Shown piece by piece: positions 41,374-49,604 of a stretch of 64,000 bases of DNA. The DNA is from Gammaproteobacteria bacterium. GTDB lineage: Bacteria; Pseudomonadota; Gammaproteobacteria; Eutrophobiales; Eutrophobiaceae. The stretch spans positions 82,017 through 146,016 of the forward strand of contig JANQNX010000016.1 of the NCBI GenBank assembly GCA_028279365.1, written 5' to 3'. A program made the position numbers and the translations under genes. Under the pieces are notes generated by a model. That model did not search any database and was not told the DNA's origin. It was given only the letters and a program-made list of their open reading frames with translations. Every line of letters starts with the position of its first letter. Position 1 is the stretch's first letter.

Positions 41374-43665
41374 ATGGCCGACTACGATTTTAAAGCATTA
41401 TCATTTTGGGAATTCGAGCAAATTTCAAGGGATTTGCTTAGAAATGCGTTAAATATTGATTTTGAATCATTCAAGTCAGGTAAAGATCAAGGCATAGATC
41501 TTAGACATGCATCTGACAATAAAGGGGAAATCATAGCTCAATGCAAACATTATGCTAATTCAACTTATTCGGATCTTAAAAATACAATTAAGAAAGAAAA
41601 AGTTAAAATAGATAAATTAAAACCCAATAGATACATACTAATAACATCGTTAGGTCTGACGACAAAAAACAAAGAAGAAATAAAGTCAATATTAGGTAAA
41701 CACCTTATCTATACAAAAGATATCGTTACAAGAGAGACTCTAAATGGTTGGCTTGTTGATTTTCCGAAAATTGAAAGATCATATATAAAATTATGGGCTA
41801 CTACTGGAGTAGCTTTAAATCAGATTATAAAAAGTCGAATATTCAATTATTCTCTCTCTCAAATTGAAGAATTAGAAACAAAAATTAAGTACTTTGTAAA
41901 AAATCAATCGTTCGACGAATCAATCAAAATATTACAAGCTCAAAAGTTTTGTATTATTGCTGGCATACCCGGAATAGGAAAAACAACATTAGCTGAAATG
42001 CTATTAGTAGATTTTTTACGTCGAGATTTTGAGCCAATAGTAATCACTAGTGATATTGAAGATGCATTTGACGTCTTCGATAAGGATGCAAAGAGAATAT
42101 ATTATTATGACGATTTTCTTGGTCAGACTGGTCTGGAACAAAAATTAAATAAAAACGAAGATGCCAGAATCGTAGAGTTCTGCAAGCTATGTAGAAAAAC
42201 AAAAAACTCTTATTTCATACTAACAACAAGAGAATATATTTTAAATCAGGCAAAGGCCACATATGAGAAACTGGAAAAATCAGGAATAGATAAAAGAAAA
42301 TGTGTGATTGATCTGAAAAGCTATAGTGATCTTGAAAAAAGCAAAGTTCTTTATAATCACATTTACCATAGAAAACTACCTGACAAATATAAAAAAGCTC
42401 TTTTAAAAGATCATGGATATTTAAAAATAATTGATCATAAATCTTTTAATCCTAGAGTCATAGAATGGATGGTAGATTCTGAAATGATTTCAGATATTCC
42501 GCCCGAAGATTACCTAGACAGCTTTATTTATAGATTAAACAATCCTTCTGCAATCTGGTCACATGCATTTAACAATCAAATATCTGACCATGCGAGACAC
42601 TTAGTTATGAGCTTGCTTACGTGTTCTAGATTTGCTTATTTGAGTGATTGTAAAAAGGTGTTTGAGAATTTACGGCATTATTTATCTAATAAGTACAATT
42701 TCGGAATGACTGCAAATGAATTTAATACTGCTTTAAAAGAAGTCGAAGGAAACTTTATTAGCGTAAGTTTAGTAAACAATCAGCAAATCATACATTTCCA
42801 TAACCCTTCTATCATCGATTATGTGTCATATTATTTATCTGAAAATACTGAAATAGTACAAGATATTATTTCTTCGTTTACTCACTTTGATCAATTCATT
42901 AATTTATGGAATATATTTACAAATTTTGAAAAAAACCCATTGCTGCATGAAGATGTTAAAGACATATTTATGTCTTGTTTAGCTAAACATTATGGTACTG
43001 ATGGAATCAATCTTACAAGATATAACAATATTATCGGCAAACCAATTTACGCATATTCATCTTCAAGCATTGAGATCCAAGTCATTATTGCATTGAATCT
43101 TGAACTAGATAACTACAATCACTCTTTTATTCAAAATACAAAAGAAATAGTTGACGATTATTTTACTAACATGGGTATAGAAGTAATTTGGTCACGAGTG
43201 AAGCAATTATTAATTGATCTGGAAAATAAAAAAGAAGAACTGCAACTAAACATAGACAACTATCTTATAAAGTCCGTCAATTTACTATCAGAAAACTTAA
43301 CTCAAATAAATGATTACAAACAGTTAGCAGATATATCTAAAATATCAAATGTAACAAAAGATATTATTGATGAAAAAATACAAATGATTGAACAAGATTT
43401 AATTGCTGGGTTTGAAGATGAAGTCGAATTCCATAGAAATGATAATGATGTAAGTGAATTACAAGATTGTCTTAGTGATATAGAAGATATTGAAATTATA
43501 TTTGATTTTAATTTATATGAACAGAAAGAATATATAGAAACTATTCTTAATGAATTAGGCGATCCAGATGAAATTTATAATGATGAATACAGTAATATAT
43601 CAACTAAATCTAGCACAAACACTAACACTTCTGAGATTATAGATATATTTAATACGCTAGAGTAA
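41374..43665 (+). CDS. Mrr-like PD-(D/E)xK nuclease domain fused to STAND/NACHT-like P-loop NTPase (candidate antiphage protein)
   Basis: N-terminus FEQISRDLLRNALNIDFESFKSGKDQGIDLRHAS ... IIAQCKHY parallels the Mrr catalytic core (GDGGIDL ... QCKRY). Walker A IIAGIPGIGKTT and Walker B IYYYDDFLG. C-terminal helical/repeat region of about 360 aa. Confidence 0.65.
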   Translation: MADYDFKALSFWEFEQISRDLLRNALNIDFESFKSGKDQGIDLRHASDNKGEIIAQCKHYANSTYSDLKNTIKKEKVKIDKLKPNRYILITSLGLTTKNKEEIKSILGKHLIYTKDIVTRETLNGWLVDFPKIERSYIKLWATTGVALNQIIKSRIFNYSLSQIEELETKIKYFVKNQSFDESIKILQAQKFCIIAGIPGIGKTTLAEMLLVDFLRRDFEPIVITSDIEDAFDVFDKDAKRIYYYDDFLGQTGLEQKLNKNEDARIVEFCKLCRKTKNSYFILTTREYILNQAKATYEKLEKSGIDKRKCVIDLKSYSDLEKSKVLYNHIYHRKLPDKYKKALLKDHGYLKIIDHKSFNPRVIEWMVDSEMISDIPPEDYLDSFIYRLNNPSAIWSHAFNNQISDHARHLVMSLLTCSRFAYLSDCKKVFENLRHYLSNKYNFGMTANEFNTALKEVEGNFISVSLVNNQQIIHFHNPSIIDYVSYYLSENTEIVQDIISSFTHFDQFINLWNIFTNFEKNPLLHEDVKDIFMSCLAKHYGTDGINLTRYNNIIGKPIYAYSSSSIEIQVIIALNLELDNYNHSFIQNTKEIVDDYFTNMGIEVIWSRVKQLLIDLENKKEELQLNIDNYLIKSVNLLSENLTQINDYKQLADISKISNVTKDIIDEKIQMIEQDLIAGFEDEVEFHRNDNDVSELQDCLSDIEDIEIIFDFNLYEQKEYIETILNELGDPDEIYNDEYSNISTKSSTNTNTSEIIDIFNTLE

Positions 43666-43909
43666 AGATTTTCATTACCATATTAGCTAATAACTTCTAC
43701 CTCTTTCTCATTTAGCCCCAGTAAGCAGTGTAGCTCATTCGCAAAACCGAGACCCGCTTCGGCATGGATATTAAATATGCTCTACGCCCATCTCTCGTAA
43801 ATCCCCTTTTTAATAAAACCAAAAGGATCAGTATCGATTGAAAAGCAGTTCATTTGATCAAATTGGGAATTTAATTTTTAATCAACGTGTAGCTATCTAT
43901 AGAAAACCA

Positions 43910-44278
43910 TCACTGCCACTGACTAGCATCATTACATCTTGGATCGGATATTATTTTTTTAGATAATGATGCTTCATAAGCGAGGCCAGCGCATTGACCA
44001 ACCTTTGTTCCCCATAGTGTGCCGTCTTTCGGCTGTATCATGACATCAGGGATTTGTTCTTCAACCTCCTTTAAACATATCCGTGTTGCTGATGCGGCGG
44101 CTTCTTCGCATTCAACGGCAGTCACATCAAAACACTGCCTGAAATATTGTTCGGAATTGCAAAACGCGGCGGGTAGTGCGCTCTTCATCCCGGTAATCCA
44201 ATCCTCTTTTTTCACTTCCTGAGAATGAACAGTGATAGAAAACAAAACTAATAAAAATAAGACGATATTTTTCATCAT
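43910..44278 (-). CDS. Small secreted Cys-rich protein (6 Cys) of unknown function
   Basis: Signal peptide MMKNIVLFLLVLFSITVHSQ plus six cysteines in about 100 aa. Confidence 0.4.
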   Translation of the reverse strand: MMKNIVLFLLVLFSITVHSQEVKKEDWITGMKSALPAAFCNSEQYFRQCFDVTAVECEEAAASATRICLKEVEEQIPDVMIQPKDGTLWGTKVGQCAGLAYEASLSKKIISDPRCNDASQWQ

Positions 44279-44326
44279 AGCGAATCCTTCATATTAAGAG
44301 TTATAGTTTAGGAACAGCTCGTTTTG

Positions 44327-45382
44327 TTATTCTCTGACCTTTGGTTCACCTGTCTCAGCATCAATCCTGTCAAGAGATGGTCCCTCATATTGAGCTAAAA
44401 TTAAATCTACAACAGCTTCGCCGTATTTAGCAAACCAGAAGTCCCCCATCTGTTTTAGTTTTTTAATATTTGACTGACTAATATCATCCATGGCGTCATC
44501 AGGTGGATTAGGTAAGCCAGGCTGTTTTTTCATTTCAGTATTAACACGAATATAATTGCCTTGCTTTAAAAGGGTATACGCTTGATAGGCGACAACTCTT
44601 TCATCTGTTAACAAGTCAAGTATATGACCTTTTGTAAACCATTCTAAAGCGCCCCATTTTTGTGACTCTGGACCATTTATTTTTCTGGTGCGATATCCCG
44701 TTCCCACAGACAATACGCGTAAATCCTGAATGTGTTCAGTTGACCAAATCTTGATGGCTTAGGCAATTACACACATTGTAGGATTATTAGCTGTCACCCC
44801 TCCATCCACCAGCCAAAATGCACTCTCAATATTTTTCATTGCTAATTCTTTGGTGGGGAAATAGGTTGGTGCAGCACTGGACGCATCTGCTACCTGCCAA
44901 GACTGTAACTTGCGATGTGTCTTATCGGTTGATTTAATAACGACAGGTTTTCGGCGTTCTATTCCATAGGTTACAACCAAAACATGTTTGTTGTTTGCTA
45001 CATTGCTTAACTTTGCTGAACCCAGTTTCTGTTCCAGTAATTTTGACTTTCCTTTTGCTTCATATTTTGGCGCATTGATACCATCCCATTCAAACCAGCC
45101 TCTATTATCGGAAAATATTTTTTTTGCATTTTGATAGTTATATAGCTTATTAATATCCGCCATCGCCATATCAGTCGTAGCTAATGCAAGCGCGATAATA
45201 CTTCCCGTACTGGTTCCTGCATAAAAATGCACACAATCGCGTAAACTTTTATTATGGTCAGTTTTAAGCTTGTTCTCAACATGAGTAAGAAACTGGGTCG
45301 TAGCAGCTCCGCGTATACCACCGCCATCCAATGAAAGAATTAATTTTGACATATTACCTCCTTGTTTAAATAATCTTAGCAA
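44327..45382 (-). pseudogene. Patatin-like phospholipase interrupted by one in-frame TAA (44759-44761)
   Basis: Upstream part carries the oxyanion hole DGGGIRG, the nucleophile GTSTG and the catalytic DGG. Translation through the stop continues in frame (...PTMCVIA*AIKIWSTEHIQDLRVLSVGTGYR...) into the conserved patatin C-terminus (SVGTG). Both ORFs share frame (starts 45382 and 44713, both 1 mod 3). Confidence 0.7.
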
Positions 45383-45589
45383 TAAGATTTTAAGTGATCG
45401 CCATAATATAACATTGCATAATCAATTTATGGCTTTTCACTAACAGATTAATACTAACTGGTTATAAATCAACTAAATCATCATCGAACTGATGTAAAGT
45501 AATGCCAGTTATATAAACAGAAATTCGGGTTTTTAAATTATGTGCAGTATTAAAATGAGTAAAAATCTTTGCACTATACATAAAAGCAT

Positions 45590-47095
45590 TTACAGAAATA
45601 CATCAGGATCGGGTGCAACTTCATCCAGTATCTTCGCTGATGAAATCACGCCGGGTACGCCGGCACCGGGATGTGTACCGGCACCCACCAAAAACAGATT
45701 TTCCAGTTCTTCGCTTTTATTATGTGGTCGAAACCAGGCGCTTTGTAATAGCTGCGGCTCCAGACCAAACGCGGCACCATTAACCGATAACAAGCGCGTT
45801 TCAAAATCCTTGGGTGTCATGACGAATGATGTGGTCAGATGTTTGCCTAGCTCGGGCAAAACAGTTTGTTCTAATCTCTCTTCAATCGCCTTACGATAGG
45901 TTTCGCTATGCACCTCCCAATCGACGCCGCTTTCCAGATGTGGCACTGGTGATAATACATAAAACGCATCATGCCCTTCCGGCGCCAGACTTTTATCCGT
46001 CGCCGTGGGACGATGTAGATATAAACTAAAATCTTCTGCGAGATGTTTATGTTTAAAGATATCTTTTAATAAGCCTTCATATCTCGGACCAAGCAGGATT
46101 AAGTGGTGGTACACATCGTCATATTGTTTGTCAGTTCCAAAATACCAGACGAATAAACTCATGGAGTAACGCGCACGTTTCAGTTTTTTGGGTTTCCAGC
46201 GTTTTGCCATTCGATTACCAAGTAGATGTTTATAGGTCCAGGCCGAATCGGCATTGGATACAACAATATCCGCGTCTATTTGTTCACCATCTTTCAATTT
46301 TACACCGGTCGCACGGTCCCCTTCATGCGTAATGCACTTCACTTCTGAGTTATATCTAATCTTGCCGCCCAAACCGTCAATCAATCCAACCATGCCTTTT
46401 ACCAAGGACCCCATGCCACCCATGGCATAGTGCACACCAAACTTACGTTCAAGATGCGCAATCAGGCAATAGTAAGCCGTCGTCGTCATCGGATTACCGC
46501 CAATCAATAATGGATGAAAACTAAACACGATTCGTAAAGCCGGATCGGTAAAATAATCACACACAGTTTTAAATACCGTACGATGTCCACCCAGTCTTAC
46601 CAAATCCGGCGCGGTACTTAGAGTAAACGGCAAGCTATGAAACGGTTGCGCGGCCAATTCTTCAAACGCGACTTCGTAAATATCACCACTAAGTTTGATA
46701 AAACGATTGAACCCATCCAGATCGTCGGGGTTAAACTTACAGACTTCTTCGCGCATTTTTTCGATATCGCCGCTATAACTAAACACGCGACCATCATCAA
46801 ACCGAATTTGATAAAACGGCTCCATAGGTATCAACTCGACATCGTCCGAGACTTTCTTGCCGCAGAGTTCCCACAGTTCATCAAACACAAACGGCGCCGT
46901 GACAATCGTTGGGCCGCGATCGAAGATATAACCGTCACGTTCTTCGACAAAGGCGCGACCGCCCGGCGCTTCCAGTCTTTCAATCACGGTGACAGCATAA
47001 CCTCTGGCGCCAAGTCGAATCGCTGCGGCCAAACCGCCAAAGCCGCTACCTATGATGACAGCATGGGCTTTGTTTTTAGAACTTTCATTTCCCAT
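45590..47095 (-). CDS. crtI: Phytoene desaturase
   Basis: N-terminal FAD fold AVIIGSGFGGLAAAIRL ... PGGRAFV and C-terminal CrtI-family signature (GAGTHPGAGVPGV). Confidence 0.88.
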   Translation of the reverse strand: MGNESSKNKAHAVIIGSGFGGLAAAIRLGARGYAVTVIERLEAPGGRAFVEERDGYIFDRGPTIVTAPFVFDELWELCGKKVSDDVELIPMEPFYQIRFDDGRVFSYSGDIEKMREEVCKFNPDDLDGFNRFIKLSGDIYEVAFEELAAQPFHSLPFTLSTAPDLVRLGGHRTVFKTVCDYFTDPALRIVFSFHPLLIGGNPMTTTAYYCLIAHLERKFGVHYAMGGMGSLVKGMVGLIDGLGGKIRYNSEVKCITHEGDRATGVKLKDGEQIDADIVVSNADSAWTYKHLLGNRMAKRWKPKKLKRARYSMSLFVWYFGTDKQYDDVYHHLILLGPRYEGLLKDIFKHKHLAEDFSLYLHRPTATDKSLAPEGHDAFYVLSPVPHLESGVDWEVHSETYRKAIEERLEQTVLPELGKHLTTSFVMTPKDFETRLLSVNGAAFGLEPQLLQSAWFRPHNKSEELENLFLVGAGTHPGAGVPGVISSAKILDEVAPDPDVFL

Positions 47096-47173
47096 AAACG
47101 ACTTTATTATTTCTATTTTTTATCCATTAATACAGTTTTTGTTTTTAAGCGCCAATTTAGTGTTTATATTGTC

Positions 47174-48463
47174 TTATTCAAGATGTTTTACACTCTCTCT
47201 GATACGTCTAATGCCAAATGCAACCGCAATCGCAACTAACGGAATACTCGCTGCTGTGATTATGTAGCCTTTCTCAAGTAACCCGGCACCTTCTGCACCT
47301 TTTGTTAAATAACTGACTAGACCAACAATATAATAAGTAATGGCGGCGATAGATAATCCTTCAACTGTTGTTTGAAGACGAAGCTGTAATTCAGCACGCC
47401 GATTCATTGAGTGCAATACTTTTTGATTTTGTTCACGTCGGGTCATTTCAACGCGAGTTGATAATAATTGTGTTGCTCGAGCCACCCGGGTTGATAAAGA
47501 TTCCTGGCGGTTTGCGACCATTCGGCAGGTGTCTATCGCTGGAACCAGGCGTCGTTCTGTAAACTCACCAAAGGTCTGCAAGCCTCTTATACGTTGTTCG
47601 CGTAATTCCTGGATTCGTCTCTCGACCAACGAGTAATAAGCGTTGGCAGCGCTAAACCGATAGTGATGTTGCGAGTGATGGCTTTCTATCTCTGCTTGTA
47701 GACTGGTTAACCTCTCAAGCAGATTTGACTCTTTTTCTCCTGATTGCGTTAAAGCATGAGTAATCTCAGCCAATTCCTGTTCGCTTTCGTTGACATGAGG
47801 CGATAGTGTTCGTGTCAATGGCAAGGTCAATAAAGCCAGCATACGATAAGTGTCAACCTCGAGTAATCGCTGGATCATTCTGCCCGCCTGTCTGGCTTTC
47901 ATACCGTGGTCTGCCACCCACAAGCGACCAAAACCATTTTCATGAATTTTAAAATCGGTTAAGGCAGTCGCCACACCGCCGTCAATGGCCGACCCTACCA
48001 GCACATTACCGTTAAATCGTTTTTTTGAGAGGCTTTCATAGTCATTTGGTGGGTTTTGTCGACGTACCAATGCCACATTTGTGGCCACCAGTATTCTACC
48101 GGGTAAAGCACTAAGCCAGTCCGGTTCAAGTTGATTAATAATGGGGGAAACAAAGGCATCATCACCAGTCATCGGACTGATAAATAGATAGCGTGTAAAT
48201 TCAGTATGGCGCTCCCACTTCAATCTGAAACTGCCAAAATCTGCACTATGATGTTTAATCTTTAAATGGGGTAGTTTTTGATCGTACTTCTCGGCCAACA
48301 TGGCGACAGGTTCAATATCTTTGATAGATAAATCCCAATCCGTATGCAACGCAATATAGGAAAGTTTTAACGGTGCTTGTAGTGGTTCAGAAGGTCTGGC
48401 ATGTACCTCATTATTTAATTCCAAACGCAGTTCATGATCAGTAGGTAAAGCAATTATCGACAT
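47174..48463 (-). CDS. Conserved hypothetical protein with C-terminal 2-TM anchor (DUF3422-like?), between bchO and crtI
   Basis: ORF with a soluble domain of about 330 aa followed by two hydrophobic helices. Family name uncertain. Confidence 0.4.
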   Translation of the reverse strand: MSIIALPTDHELRLELNNEVHARPSEPLQAPLKLSYIALHTDWDLSIKDIEPVAMLAEKYDQKLPHLKIKHHSADFGSFRLKWERHTEFTRYLFISPMTGDDAFVSPIINQLEPDWLSALPGRILVATNVALVRRQNPPNDYESLSKKRFNGNVLVGSAIDGGVATALTDFKIHENGFGRLWVADHGMKARQAGRMIQRLLEVDTYRMLALLTLPLTRTLSPHVNESEQELAEITHALTQSGEKESNLLERLTSLQAEIESHHSQHHYRFSAANAYYSLVERRIQELREQRIRGLQTFGEFTERRLVPAIDTCRMVANRQESLSTRVARATQLLSTRVEMTRREQNQKVLHSMNRRAELQLRLQTTVEGLSIAAITYYIVGLVSYLTKGAEGAGLLEKGYIITAASIPLVAIAVAFGIRRIRESVKHLE

Positions 48464-48648
48464 AAATGGTTAGCTCAGCCGTAACTCTTATTAAAGAAAG
48501 ACATAAGCTCAGGTATTGAGTCTAGTAGCCAAAATCAACTCAGCCAAACCATTACCAATGATGACCATGAGCCTGTTTATTGTTGGTTTGTTCCTCAGTC
48601 GAAAGACGCATTGCTATGTCTGGCGATGAATACTTAGTAAAACGACGC

Positions 48649-49593
48649 TTAGTACTGTTCCGGTTTACGGACTAAACGGGAAACAATCTGCGCGATCGCT
48701 TCCGGTTTTTCTTCATGCGCAAGATGCCCGGCATCCGGTAATTGGAAACGTCGGCTTTTATTCACAATCCTGATCACTTTTTCGCCATCCGTTGCCGGAA
48801 TCATCTTATCCTTTTCGCCGATCACCATTGCCATCACTGAATCAATATAGGGCATATCTCTGATCAAGGCATGCAAATCCCAATTCGCCATCATTTTTAA
48901 TGTCGCCGCAACGTGGGTGGGATCTCTAAACAAACGGGAATAATATTTCATTCCCTTTTCATCGATGCTTGATCCTGTTCCACTCATTAAACGTAGCACC
49001 GCAGCTTCATTACTGGCGCGCAATGAAAAAAGGCGAGCACTCATGCTGCTTTTGGCAAGCAATTTTGCTAAGGGTGAAAACAGCACACCGGCTACACCAT
49101 CAAACGGCAGAAACGCACCATTAATACTAACTAACCATCTAGGCGTAATGTATTTATTTAATGCCATCTTCGCCAATATCGCTGCACCGGCAGAATGTCC
49201 GGCGACGATAACCGGGCACAGCTTCATTTCTTTCACCAACGCATTCAATGAAGCGGCCATACCAGGTAATGACAGGATGTCATCTGCTGGCGTATCGGTA
49301 AAACCATGCCCGGGAAGATCTGGCGCAATCACGGTAAACTCTCTGGCTAGCAAAGGGCCCAAATCGCGCCAGGTATGCGTTGCCGATCCGGTGCCATGTA
49401 GTAATAATATTTGTGGTCCATGACCGTACTTTTGTACATGCCAATTTATGCCCGCCGCATTGACGAAAATACTGGTCCTGCGATTGGGCCAATCCTTGCC
49501 ATCACTATCCCAATTCAGGCCTGGACTAATGACCGGCTTATTAAGATAAGTCGACTGAAGACTGGGTTTGGTTTGTATAAGATGGGGTCGCAT
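48649..49593 (-). CDS. bchO: Alpha/beta-hydrolase BchO (Mg-chelatase-associated)
   Basis: Alpha/beta-hydrolase with GHSAG nucleophile elbow. Canonical position immediately downstream of bchI-bchD. Confidence 0.7.
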   Translation of the reverse strand: MRPHLIQTKPSLQSTYLNKPVISPGLNWDSDGKDWPNRRTSIFVNAAGINWHVQKYGHGPQILLLHGTGSATHTWRDLGPLLAREFTVIAPDLPGHGFTDTPADDILSLPGMAASLNALVKEMKLCPVIVAGHSAGAAILAKMALNKYITPRWLVSINGAFLPFDGVAGVLFSPLAKLLAKSSMSARLFSLRASNEAAVLRLMSGTGSSIDEKGMKYYSRLFRDPTHVAATLKMMANWDLHALIRDMPYIDSVMAMVIGEKDKMIPATDGEKVIRIVNKSRRFQLPDAGHLAHEEKPEAIAQIVSRLVRKPEQY

Positions 49594-49604
49594 GCGTTAC
49601 ATTC

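Larger units (their letters stand above)
41340..45589. other. AT-rich (about 30-40% GC by eye) putative horizontally acquired island inside the carotenoid gene block
   Basis: Sharp compositional drop relative to flanking crt genes. Contains the STAND-NTPase, the Cys-rich secreted ORF and the interrupted patatin gene. AT-rich flanks with a short shared CATAATAT motif. Confidence 0.5.

Noticed and set aside
43700-43760. tRNA/tmRNA-like fragment (...GCAAAACCGAGACCCGCTTCGGC...) as an integration att site
   Set aside because: Only a weak 4-5 bp hairpin is present. There is no cloverleaf or T-arm GTTCGAATC-type consensus. It cannot be supported by eye.
43910-45382. CBASS-like system (patatin CapV effector plus cyclase)
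   Set aside because: No CD-NTase/cGAS-like nucleotidyltransferase (GS...DxD motifs) or E1/E2/JAB accessory genes are present. The neighbouring ORF is a small secreted Cys-rich protein, so only the patatin component is there.
45540-45899. 119-aa plus-strand ORF
   Set aside because: It lies entirely antisense within the 3' end of crtI, a strongly supported gene, so it is a shadow ORF. The same reasoning applies to the many 60-110-aa ORFs overlapping bchH, bchD, lhaA, recG etc. on the opposite strand.
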